Shown here piece by piece: positions 1 through 9,198 of a stretch of 64,000 bases of DNA; positions within the stretch are counted from its first letter, which is position 1; each line of letters opens with the position of its first letter. The stretch comes from Myxococcota bacterium (GTDB lineage: Bacteria > Myxococcota_A > UBA9160 > PR03), in assembly GCA_041611735.1 (NCBI GenBank), contig JBFIML010000004.1, positions 64,001 to 128,000 on the forward strand. Reading direction: 5' to 3'. Made by a program: the position numbers and the translations under genes. The notes below the pieces were generated by a model. The model searched no databases and had not been told where the DNA came from. It was given only the letters and a program-made list of their open reading frames with translations.

Positions 1-2
1 GC

Positions 3-1832
3 CTGACCGGGACCGTGATCCTGCTCTCCGGCTTCGCCACCCTCAGCTACGAAATCCTCTGGTTTCGAGCGCTTCGCTACCTGGTGGGCAACAGCACCTT
101 CGCGCTCACCATCATCCTCGTGGTCTTCCTGTTGGGGCTCGGCTTCGGGGCTCTGCCGCTGCGCCGGGTCGTCGCCCGCGGCCGGCCCGAACTCGACCTG
201 GCCCGCTGCCAGCTGGGCATCGCGGTGCTGGCGGCACTCGGCATCGGCGCCACCAGCCTGCTCGCCTCGTCGCCCGAGCTGAGCCAGGCCATCAGCGTGT
301 TCTCTCCCGCGGTCCAATCGCTGTCCTGGTGGTCGCGGCTCGCGATCCATGGAGGGCTGGCGCTGGTCCTGATGTTGCCCGCCACGTTGTTGATGGGCCT
401 CTCGTTTCCGCTGGCGAGCCGCCTGTTCCTGGGCGACGCCCGCCTGGTCGGGAGGCGCGTCGGCAGCGCCTACCTGCTCGCCAACGTCGGCAGCATCCTG
501 GGGGCGGTTTCGGCCGCGATGCTGCTCCTGCCACGCCTGGGCACGGTCGGAGGCACGCGCGCCGTCGTCGCCCTCAACTTCCTGCTGGGTGTAGCCGTGC
601 TGGCGGAGCTTCGCCTCCCGGCTGCGCGACCGTGGCGCAGCGTTGGGCTCGCCCTGGCGCTGATGGTGACGAGCACCGTGATCTTCCCGGAACGGATCCG
701 GTTCCCGGTCGAGGTGGAGATCGAGTTCGAGGAAGAGAACGACCTGGGCACCGTCCAGGTGATGCGCGATCCGCGCCAGCAACGGCTGAAGGCCATGGCC
801 ATCGATGGCACGATCATCGGCGTGAGCCGCGGCTGGCACCCTTCGATCTACAGCAAGCAGGTCCTGATCGCTCACCTGCCCATGGCCCTCGACGAACGGC
901 TGCGCAACGTGGTGCAGATCGGGCTGGGCTCGGGTGGGACACTGGATGCCCTGACGAGCTACGCGGCGCTCGAGCGCATCGACGCCGTCGAGATCAACCC
1001 GGCCGTCCTGCGCGGCAGCCGTTTGTTCGACGAGTCCCGGGCCGAAGCGGATCCCCGGGTACGGGTCGTCGTGGAGGACGCGATCCATTTCTTGCTGGGC
1101 AATCGGCATGCCTACGACCTCATCATCTCGGACGGCAAACAGAATGCCGATTTCTCGGGCAACTCGAAGCTGTTGAGTCGTGAGTTCTACCGGCTGGCGC
1201 TGTCCCGTTTGAGCGACCGCGGGCTCTTCGTGCAGTGGCTGCCCGCCGACACGCTGCACTCCGACTTTCGAATCATCCTGCGGACCGCTGCCGATGTCTT
1301 TCCCGAGCTGGAGGTATTCGTCGATCTTCCGGCGTCCGTCGTCGTGGTGGGGGCACGGCAACCGCTGGCGGGTCGTCCCCTGCGGTCCGCGGCGGGGTTC
1401 GCGCGGCTACGGGCGGCGCGGGATCTCGCTCCCTTCGGCATCCCGGACCTGGAGCAGCTGTTGCTGCGCTGGACGGCCAGCCGCCATGCGGTCCTGGCGG
1501 CCGTGGGACCGGGTCCCCTCAGCACCTGGAATCACTCGTCGGTCGAGTTCGGCGCGTACCGGGCGGACATCGAGGACCTGGGTCGCGCGACAGGCCGCAA
1601 CCTCTCGCTCCTGATCGAAGCCCATGACCGCCACCGCTCCGGGGAGGTTCCTGGCTTCGGAACGTTCGACGCCGCCACGCAGGAGGCTCACGATCTGGTG
1701 CGACGCGCCTACCTGAGCCTCTTCGAGCGCAACGCGTCGGAAGCCGAGCACCTGGTCCGCGCCGCCCTGGCCGTCCGCCCGGACGACCCGATGGCGAAGC
1801 GTGCCCTGGCGCTCTTCAGGACCCTGCGCTGA
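3..1832 (+). CDS. Fused MFS-like membrane domain / spermidine-synthase-like SAM-binding protein with C-terminal TPR-like helix pair (5' partial)
   Basis: Frame is open to the window edge. TM repeat motifs SGFATLSYEILW and YLLANVGSILG; SAM-binding IGLGSG...VEIN...VVEDA; LLSREFY...GLFVQW. Confidence 0.85.
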   Translation: MTGTVILLSGFATLSYEILWFRALRYLVGNSTFALTIILVVFLLGLGFGALPLRRVVARGRPELDLARCQLGIAVLAALGIGATSLLASSPELSQAISVFSPAVQSLSWWSRLAIHGGLALVLMLPATLLMGLSFPLASRLFLGDARLVGRRVGSAYLLANVGSILGAVSAAMLLLPRLGTVGGTRAVVALNFLLGVAVLAELRLPAARPWRSVGLALALMVTSTVIFPERIRFPVEVEIEFEEENDLGTVQVMRDPRQQRLKAMAIDGTIIGVSRGWHPSIYSKQVLIAHLPMALDERLRNVVQIGLGSGGTLDALTSYAALERIDAVEINPAVLRGSRLFDESRAEADPRVRVVVEDAIHFLLGNRHAYDLIISDGKQNADFSGNSKLLSREFYRLALSRLSDRGLFVQWLPADTLHSDFRIILRTAADVFPELEVFVDLPASVVVVGARQPLAGRPLRSAAGFARLRAARDLAPFGIPDLEQLLLRWTASRHAVLAAVGPGPLSTWNHSSVEFGAYRADIEDLGRATGRNLSLLIEAHDRHRSGEVPGFGTFDAATQEAHDLVRRAYLSLFERNASEAEHLVRAALAVRPDDPMAKRALALFRTLR

Positions 1833-4800
1833 GACCGGCAAGACGTTTGCGCAGGCGCGCGCGATCCGACGTGGCCGACCCGGACAGCGAGAGCGCGTCC
1901 AGGACCCGGACGATCTCGCGCGCCAGGGGCGAGTTCGGGGGGGCGGCCTGCGCGGCCTCGGCCAGGTTCGAGAGGGCCGCCACCGGAAATCCGGCGCACG
2001 CAGCGGCCCGGGCGCGCACGATCAGGTCCGGCACCGTGACCCAGACGCCCAGGCCGCGATCCACCACATCGAGGGCCTCGGCGCAGCGCGGCGCGTCGCC
2101 GCCCTCCACCCGCCAGCGCACCCGCAGCCGCGCCGCCGCCGGCTGGAGCGGATGACGGGGCGCGACGGCGCCCAGGCCATCGTCCAGCTCGCGCAGCCCC
2201 GGCCAGTCCCGGGCGGCCTCCCGCAGCCAGCCCTCCGCAACCGCGCGGCCCGCCGGGTCGAGCTCCCGCGCCCGGGAGCGGGCCGTGGGATCCCCGGCCC
2301 GGAGCGCGGCGCGCTGGGCCTCGAGCCAGCCGGCGCGCGCGTCGAGGGAGGCGGGGTCGCTCTCCAGGGCGCGCTCGAAGGCGCGCCGGGCCGGACCGGA
2401 ACGTCCCAGGGCGAGGGCCAGGAAGCCCCGCGCCGTCTCGCGCACGGCGGCGTCCGCCGTGGTCTCCATCAGCCGCTTGGCGCGGTCCGCCATGAGCTGC
2501 GCCACCAGGCGCCGCACCAGGTAGACGCGGTCCCCGGGCACTTCCTTCGCGAGCAGGGGATCGGAGTCCGCCAGCAGGCGCAGCAGTCCCTGCCGGGCCC
2601 GCGCATCGTGCATGAGCCGCGGGGAACGCATGGCCAGCTGGTTGTGATCGTCCGTGTTGAGGGGCGCGCCGGCGGCGAGGGTGCGCGTCGCGGCGCCATC
2701 CAGCACCAGGGCGGCGGCGGCGTCCTCGGGCACGCGCACGCCGAGCAGGGCCCACTCCTGGGGCGCCGACGCCACCACGCGCGGGATGCGCGCCTCCACC
2801 TCCAGGGGCTGATCCGAGGCGGCAAACAGGATCGCGGGCAGCATGGGCCGGTAGACCCGCACGTCCGCGAAGACGGCATGAAGCGTGGCCAGCAGGGAGC
2901 GCAGCAGGGCGTCGTCCAGGAACGAGAGGGCAATCCACTGCACGAAGACACCGTCCGGCTCGAGGCGGCGCTTTGCCAGCTCGAAGAACTCCCGCGTGTA
3001 GAGGTGGGCCGCTCCCGCCGTCCAGGGGTGGGACGGCTGGGAGACGATGGCGTCGTAGCGGCGCTCGGTCAGGAGCAGCGAGCCGCGCGCGTCGTTCACC
3101 GTGACCCGCACGCGCGGATCCGCCAGGGGATCGAGCATCCGCTCGGCGGCGATCACCCGGTTCGCCTCCACCACCTCGGGCTCGAGCTCGATCACGTCGA
3201 TGCGCTCGTACCGGGAGGGGAGGGCCTCCACCGCCTGGCCGCCCCCGAGCCCGATCACCAGCATGGAGCGCGCGTCCGGTCGCGCCATCAGCGGAAGGGC
3301 CCCGAGCCAGGCGGTGATCAGGAAGCGGGCGGGGCGGCCGCCGCGGGGCTGGATGGACGCCTCCGGGAGCCCGTTGGTGCGCAGCTCCCACTCGCCGTTC
3401 TCCTGGAGCAGCAGCACCGTGGCCGCCCGGCCCACAGCCAGGTAGGCGATCTCTCCGCTGCTCGGCGTCGGGTAGAAGGGCGACGAGCGCAGCAGGCGCC
3501 AGGGCGAGGTCGGCGGGGCCAGAACGAGCACCAGGAAGCCGCCGGCCACGGCCACCAGGGCGCGCCGGGGCAGCGGCCGCGCCAGGCCCAGGGCACCGAG
3601 GGCCAGCAGCAGGTTCGTGGCCATGCCCGCGCGCACGGTGCCCGCGTAGCCGAGCGCCGGGATCACCAGGAACCCGGCGGCGATCGAGCCGACGATGGCG
3701 CCCAGGGTGTTCCAGGCGTAGGCGCGGGCGCTCACCGGTCCGGCGTCCGCCTCGCTGCGCGCCAGCACGCGCACCACCAGGGGAAAGGTGGCCCCGATGC
3801 CGAGGGCGGCGGGCAGCAGCATCGCCGCGGCCAGCACCACGTCGCCGCCGAACGAAGCCGACACACCGGTGGAGCCCAGGCGCGCGGCCAGGGCGGGCAA
3901 TCGGTCCAGGCTCGCGAAGGCGGCGTAGGTGCACGCGGCAATCACTCCCTGGGCCGCCGCGAAGCCCAGCAGCGAGCCCTCCCGGGTGCGGGCGAAGCGG
4001 GACGCCACGGCGCTGCCCAGGGCGATGCCGGCCAGGAAGCTGGCCAGCATGGTGGCGAAAGCGTAGACGCTCCCCCCCAGCAGGTGGCCCAGGAGTCGGG
4101 TCCAGAGCACCTCGTAGGTGAAGGAGAGCACGCCGGACACGAAGAGGAGTGCGAGCAGCCAGCGGGTGCGGTCGCCTCCCCGGCGGAGCCCGGCTCGCGG
4201 GCCGGCCGAGACGACCGGTCGCGGCGGAAAGGCGCGGGCCAGGAGCGCCGCCACCCCGAAGACTGCCGCGTTGGTGGCGACGCCCACGAAGATGGTGTGT
4301 CGCAGGCCCAGGGCGGGCAGCAGCACGAAGGCGGCGGTCACCGTGCCCGCCACGGCCCCGATCGTGTTGGTGGCGTAGAGCTGACCGACCCGGCGCCCGA
4401 CCTCCGCGTCGCTGCGCACGGCGTGGCGCGCCAGGAGCGGAAGCGTGGCGCCCATCAGCGCCGTCGGTACCAGCAGGATCCCGAAGGAGGCCGCCAGGTA
4501 GAAGAGGGTCGTGGCGAGGCCCCCCTGGGCCGGCGGATCGGGGCGTCCCCCGAAGCCGAGCACGAGGAGCGACGTGGAGCCGTCGATGGCCCAGGGAACG
4601 GCCAGGGCCGCCGCGGCGATGCCGAGCTCGAGCAGCGCGTAGGCCAGCACCGGACGGGAGATGCGCGACACGAAGCGCCCCGCCACCCCCGCACCGAGGG
4701 CGAGCCCGCTCATGTACGCGGCCAGCACGGTGGCCACGGCCAGGTCCGACGTGCCGAACACGAAGGCGAACTCGCGGGTCCAGGCGGTCTCGTAGAGGAG

Positions 4801-4863
4801 CGCCGCGAAGCCCGACAGGAAGAAGCAGACGAGGACGCCCGCGTAGCCGAGCCGCGACGTCAA
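1816..4863 (-). CDS. Fused MFS-like (6+6+1 TM) / spermidine-synthase-like protein with C-terminal TPR region
   Basis: TTG start overlaps the upstream TGA (TTGA) with GGAGG ahead; alternative ATG at 4899. Duplicated TM halves SGFAALLYETAWTR / SGVLSFTYEVLWTR; IGLGGG, IELEP, NDAR, SQPSHPW, LYTREFF. Confidence 0.85.
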   Translation of the reverse strand: MTSRLGYAGVLVCFFLSGFAALLYETAWTREFAFVFGTSDLAVATVLAAYMSGLALGAGVAGRFVSRISRPVLAYALLELGIAAAALAVPWAIDGSTSLLVLGFGGRPDPPAQGGLATTLFYLAASFGILLVPTALMGATLPLLARHAVRSDAEVGRRVGQLYATNTIGAVAGTVTAAFVLLPALGLRHTIFVGVATNAAVFGVAALLARAFPPRPVVSAGPRAGLRRGGDRTRWLLALLFVSGVLSFTYEVLWTRLLGHLLGGSVYAFATMLASFLAGIALGSAVASRFARTREGSLLGFAAAQGVIAACTYAAFASLDRLPALAARLGSTGVSASFGGDVVLAAAMLLPAALGIGATFPLVVRVLARSEADAGPVSARAYAWNTLGAIVGSIAAGFLVIPALGYAGTVRAGMATNLLLALGALGLARPLPRRALVAVAGGFLVLVLAPPTSPWRLLRSSPFYPTPSSGEIAYLAVGRAATVLLLQENGEWELRTNGLPEASIQPRGGRPARFLITAWLGALPLMARPDARSMLVIGLGGGQAVEALPSRYERIDVIELEPEVVEANRVIAAERMLDPLADPRVRVTVNDARGSLLLTERRYDAIVSQPSHPWTAGAAHLYTREFFELAKRRLEPDGVFVQWIALSFLDDALLRSLLATLHAVFADVRVYRPMLPAILFAASDQPLEVEARIPRVVASAPQEWALLGVRVPEDAAAALVLDGAATRTLAAGAPLNTDDHNQLAMRSPRLMHDARARQGLLRLLADSDPLLAKEVPGDRVYLVRRLVAQLMADRAKRLMETTADAAVRETARGFLALALGRSGPARRAFERALESDPASLDARAGWLEAQRAALRAGDPTARSRARELDPAGRAVAEGWLREAARDWPGLRELDDGLGAVAPRHPLQPAAARLRVRWRVEGGDAPRCAEALDVVDRGLGVWVTVPDLIVRARAAACAGFPVAALSNLAEAAQAAPPNSPLAREIVRVLDALSLSGSATSDRARLRKRLAGLSAGS

Positions 4864-5795
4864 GGGCTTCCTCCCGGGGGGTGTGAGGCGGGACGGCATA
4901 GCGAAGCCTGCTCTCCGGCGCCTCCGGCGCGCCGCAGCGGACCGCCTGCTGCGCCTCCTCGCGCTCGTTTTCGCGCGGACACGTGCAGGCCCCACGAGGG
5001 CAGGCGGCCCAGGAGCCGCGCCTCGAGCCACAGCAGCCGGTCCACGGCCCGGATCGCCAGGGCGGCGGCCGAGCCCGCCGCCACCGGGTCCGACGCCCCG
5101 GCCACCAGGTCCCCGGTGGTGCGCGGCGCCGACCCCGCCATGCGTGCGGCGGCCAGAGCGAGGAAGACGCCCACGTCGGCCAGGTTTCCGATCACGTGCA
5201 GGCTGTGACGCACGCGCAGGATCTCGAACCCCTGCGCCTCGAGCAGGGCGAGGACCTGCCGGCGCCGGAAGTGCTGGACGTGCCCGGCCAGACGGCGCTT
5301 GAGCCCGCGCGGCCCGCCCTGGCCCGGAAGCCAGCGCCACAGGCTCGTCGGGTCGCCCTCGCAGGGCACGTGCAGGTGCAGCACGCCGTCCTGGGCGAGA
5401 ACGCGCCGCAACTCCGCCAGGATCCGCCCGGGGTCCGGCACGTGCTCGAGCACGTCGAGGCCGAGCACCGCGTCGAACTCGGCGTCGGCGGCGGGCAAGG
5501 CCGCGCCCGGCGAGGCGACGGCGCGCAGCTCGAGGCCGGGCGAGGCTGCGGCGGCCCGCGCGAGCGCCGCCTGGCTCAGGTCGACGCCGCACAGCTGCAG
5601 ACCGGGGCGGGCCCGGGCGACACCGCGCAGGAAACGGCCCGCCCCGCATCCCACCTCGAGCACGCGACCGCGCTCCGGCAGGAAGCGCAGCGCCTCCGCC
5701 AGGCGGAAGCCCGCGATGGTGCGCTCACCGGGGCGGACCGTCTCCAGGCCCCAGATCGCCCCCTCGTAGTCGAAGACCTCCGCCTCCCGGCTCAA
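4860..5795 (-). CDS. Class I SAM-dependent methyltransferase
   Basis: TTG start overlaps the previous stop (TTGA). Motifs VLEVGCGAG, GVDLS, FDAV..LDVLEHVPDP. Confidence 0.85.
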   Translation of the reverse strand: MSREAEVFDYEGAIWGLETVRPGERTIAGFRLAEALRFLPERGRVLEVGCGAGRFLRGVARARPGLQLCGVDLSQAALARAAAASPGLELRAVASPGAALPAADAEFDAVLGLDVLEHVPDPGRILAELRRVLAQDGVLHLHVPCEGDPTSLWRWLPGQGGPRGLKRRLAGHVQHFRRRQVLALLEAQGFEILRVRHSLHVIGNLADVGVFLALAAARMAGSAPRTTGDLVAGASDPVAAGSAAALAIRAVDRLLWLEARLLGRLPSWGLHVSARKRARGGAAGGPLRRAGGAGEQASLCRPASHPPGGSP

Positions 5796-7843
5796 AGCCT
5801 GCCGCCCTCCCCCCGGCGGCGCAGGATGCGGACCGAGCCGAGCTGCGTCTCGAGCACGTAGTGGGATTCGAGCCAGGCGAACACGGGCCGTCCCAGCACC
5901 ACCTCGTCGGGGATCTCGTCCACGCGCACGAAGTCGTCGTCCCACACCACGAAGCGCGGCGGCTTGCGTTTCAGGTCCCGGAGCACCTCGGCGCGCTGGG
6001 CCTCGGTGACGATCTGGTGGGAGAGCAGGAAGCGGATCGGGCTGGGCCGTTGGGTCAGGTAGTGGTAGGCGGCGTTGTTGGGCAGGAACAGCACGGGATC
6101 CGAGGGCTCCGTGTGGGCCACCACCCAGCGCTGCACGCGTCGCACATTGGAATCTCCGGGGGGCCGGATCTGGTTCTTCGCGATCAAGGTGAAGTTGCGG
6201 GCGGCACGGCGGAAGGAGTGGACGGCGTCGGCTCCGAGGAAGCCGAGGCCGCCCACCAGCAGGAGCCCCACCAGTACGGCCAGCCGCCAAGCCGCCAGGG
6301 CCCGCAGCGGTCGCGCGGCCAGGAGCGGGAGGCTCCGATCGAGCGCGACCACCAGCAACATCGCGGGTACCGCGAAGCCCGTGACGATGTGGTTCAAGTC
6401 GCTGCGACCCAGGGCCGTACGGAAGGCGAGAAGTCCGAACAGGGCCACCAGCGCCACCATGAAGCGCTGGGGATGCGTGGCCAGGTCGGCCCGCAGGGCG
6501 GCCAACGAGGCCAGCGGGCGTCGGGGATCGAGGCAGACAACGCGCAGCGCGACGAGCAGTGCGCCCACGCACACCCCCGGACCCAGATAGCCCAGGCGGA
6601 GCATCAGAGACGACGTGGAGTCCCCCAGCGGCGCAGCGAGGGGCAGCTGTCCCACCAGGGAGGGAAACGGCAGGTTGCCGTAGCCCGCCATCAGATAGCT
6701 CGGATAGGCCACCAGATCGCGCAGCATGGGGGCGAGCGCGCCCTGGACGGCGTAGTAGGCGAGCAGCGGCGTCGTGACCGCGGCCACCGCCGTCGCGAAG
6801 GCGAGTGCACCCCGGGCATCGAGGCGCACCGCCAGCGCCAGGCCCGCCACCAGCAGCAGGCAGAGCCCGTACTCCTGGCTGTAGAGGAGCGCGACGCCAC
6901 CCAGGGCGCCGGCCACCGCGTAACCGAGCGTCCCGCCCCCGGCGAGGCCCGCATGGAGCGCCCGCAGGCCGAAGAGTGCCAGGCCGAGGCGGAGATTCAG
7001 GGACGACCCCCACACCAGGAACGGCAGCAGCAGGACGACCGCCGTGCGGCGCACCAGCGCCGCCGCCAGGAGCATCAGCGCGAACAGGGCCGCGGCGAAC
7101 GAGAGTCGGTCGTAGAGATTCCAGACGGCGATCGACCGACCCAGAAGCTCCCACAGGCCCACCAGCGCCCAGTCGTACAGTGGACCGTAGAGACAGAAGA
7201 AATCGCGTCCGTGCAGCTCGCCGCGCCCGAGCCCCAGGGCCCAGGCCAGGTGCTGGCCCGACTCGGCGAAGAAGGCCCAGGTGCCGACGACGAGACGGTC
7301 GTCGGAGACCCCCGCGATCACCTGCGCGATCACCAGCGGTAAGGCCGGCGTGCGCAGCATCGCGATGGTGAGCAGGACGAGAATCCAGACCCCCAGCCGG
7401 CGGCGCACGGGCGTCGGGTCGTCTGCTGCCGTGGGCAGGGGTGCGGGCGCTACACGGAGCCCGAGCATCGCAGCGCCGGCCCCGAAGGCCGCGAGGGCCA
7501 GCGCCGCCAGGACGGTCGGAAGCGCGAGTGCTGCCACCAGGGTGGCGGCGCCGGCGACCTCCAGCACCAGGCCCGCACGCGGTGTCCAGGGGATGCGCAC
7601 GAGCCAGCGCGCCAGTCCCCAGGTGACTAGCGCAGCGCTCACCCCGGCGAACACGAACCAGAAGATCTCCTGCTCGACCGGATAGCCGGCCTGGGTGGTG
7701 CGACTCACGATCCCGAGCGCGTTCGGGTGGTACTCGAAGCGGATGGGCAGCGTGCGGGCGAGCAGCACAGTGGCGGCGGCGGCGGCCGGCAGGGCGGGCA
7801 GGATCGCCTGGGTCGCAGGGTCCGGCGGGGGGCGCGTCGCCAT
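5792..7843 (-). CDS. Polytopic membrane protein, putative GT-C-fold glycosyltransferase with C-terminal soluble domain
   Basis: Many TM segments. GRDFFCLYGPLY loop and C-terminal HTEPSDPVLFLPN..YHYLTQRP resemble ArnT/PMT-like proteins. Confidence 0.6.
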   Translation of the reverse strand: MATRPPPDPATQAILPALPAAAAATVLLARTLPIRFEYHPNALGIVSRTTQAGYPVEQEIFWFVFAGVSAALVTWGLARWLVRIPWTPRAGLVLEVAGAATLVAALALPTVLAALALAAFGAGAAMLGLRVAPAPLPTAADDPTPVRRRLGVWILVLLTIAMLRTPALPLVIAQVIAGVSDDRLVVGTWAFFAESGQHLAWALGLGRGELHGRDFFCLYGPLYDWALVGLWELLGRSIAVWNLYDRLSFAAALFALMLLAAALVRRTAVVLLLPFLVWGSSLNLRLGLALFGLRALHAGLAGGGTLGYAVAGALGGVALLYSQEYGLCLLLVAGLALAVRLDARGALAFATAVAAVTTPLLAYYAVQGALAPMLRDLVAYPSYLMAGYGNLPFPSLVGQLPLAAPLGDSTSSLMLRLGYLGPGVCVGALLVALRVVCLDPRRPLASLAALRADLATHPQRFMVALVALFGLLAFRTALGRSDLNHIVTGFAVPAMLLVVALDRSLPLLAARPLRALAAWRLAVLVGLLLVGGLGFLGADAVHSFRRAARNFTLIAKNQIRPPGDSNVRRVQRWVVAHTEPSDPVLFLPNNAAYHYLTQRPSPIRFLLSHQIVTEAQRAEVLRDLKRKPPRFVVWDDDFVRVDEIPDEVVLGRPVFAWLESHYVLETQLGSVRILRRRGEGGRL

Positions 7844-7926
7844 GGCAGGGAAGGATGTCCGCTGGGAGAAGGGGCGTCCACCGGCCTTGCGGCGCAGTCT
7901 GCGGCGGGTGCTGGTAGAATCGCGGA

Positions 7927-9198
7927 GTGCGACCGGCCCGCCCCAACCGCCGCTATCAGCTCGCCCTGGCCATCGACCGCTGGGCGGGGCGGCTGCTGTG
8001 CGGGGCGCTGCTCCCCTTGCGCCGTCTGCGCCGCTCGAGTGCACTGCCCCCGGCCGACGTGCGCAAGGTCCTGCTCGTCAAGCTGTGGGGGATGGGCAGC
8101 GTGGTGCTGGCGTCGCCACTCTTCGGCGAGATCCGCGCGCGGCACCCGCAGGCCCGCATCGACTTCCTGACCCTGCGCGAGAACCAGGCGCTGCTCGGCC
8201 TCTACCCGCAGCTCGGCCGCTGCTTCACCCTCGATCTCTCACGCGGGATCCTGGCCTTCCTCGGGCAGACGCTCCGCATCCTGTTCGCGGTGCGCCGCGA
8301 GCGCTACGACCTGCTGCTCGACCTGGAGTTCTTCACGCGCTTCTCCGCCATCCTGGCCTTCCTGGGCCGGGCCCGGCGCTCCCACGGCTTCAGCGCCAAG
8401 GGAAGCTGGCGGGGCAAGCTCCACGACGTGGAGGTCCCCTTCAACGTCTACCGGCACGTGGCCGCGAACTTCCTGGCCCTCCTGCGCGGCGAGCCCATCG
8501 ACGTGCCCGTGCGGCTCGACCTCGCGAGCCCGAGCGCCCTGCCCCGCCTGGCCGTCCCGCCCGCCGCCTGGCAGACGTGTCGGGAGACCCTGGCCCGCGA
8601 CCCGGCCTGGCAGGAGGCGCGTCCGCTCGTGGTGGTCAACCCGAACGCCGGCGACATGGCGCTCGAGCGACGCTGGCCTGCGGAGCGCACGCTGGAGCTC
8701 CTGGACGCGCTGCTGGCGCGGGAGCCGGTGAACCTGGTGCTCACCGGCGCGCCTTCGGAACGCCCCTACGTGGAGTCCCTGGTGGCGCGTCTGCAGCGAC
8801 CGGAGCGCGTGGTCAACCTGGCCGGCCGCATCGGCATTCCCGAGCTGGTGGCGCTGCTCGGGCGCGCGCAGGTGGTGGTCACCAACGACAGCGGTCCGCT
8901 CCACCTGGCCGCCGCCGCGGGGGCCTGCACGGTGGCGCTGTTCGGTCCCGAGACGCCGACGCTGTACGCGCCCCTGCGCGCCCGCGAGGGGCAGCGGCAC
9001 GCCGTCCACTACCTCCAGCTGCCCTGCTCGCCCTGCATGTTCGTCCACAACAACAAGGTGATCGACTGCTGGTTCGCCCAGGCCCGCTGCATGACCGGGA
9101 TCACGGCCGGTGACGTGCTGCGCTCGGTGGACCAGCTGCTGGCAGGGGAGAGAGGAGAGGCGGGCGCTCGGACCCGGCTTCGCGCGCTCGACTCGTGA
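7927..9198 (+). CDS. Glycosyltransferase family 9 (heptosyltransferase-like)
   Basis: KLWGMGSVVL, YDLLLDL, VVVNPNAG...RRWP, VTNDSGPLHLAAA...VALFGPE, C-terminal CSPC cluster. Confidence 0.9.
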   Translation: MRPARPNRRYQLALAIDRWAGRLLCGALLPLRRLRRSSALPPADVRKVLLVKLWGMGSVVLASPLFGEIRARHPQARIDFLTLRENQALLGLYPQLGRCFTLDLSRGILAFLGQTLRILFAVRRERYDLLLDLEFFTRFSAILAFLGRARRSHGFSAKGSWRGKLHDVEVPFNVYRHVAANFLALLRGEPIDVPVRLDLASPSALPRLAVPPAAWQTCRETLARDPAWQEARPLVVVNPNAGDMALERRWPAERTLELLDALLAREPVNLVLTGAPSERPYVESLVARLQRPERVVNLAGRIGIPELVALLGRAQVVVTNDSGPLHLAAAAGACTVALFGPETPTLYAPLRAREGQRHAVHYLQLPCSPCMFVHNNKVIDCWFAQARCMTGITAGDVLRSVDQLLAGERGEAGARTRLRALDS

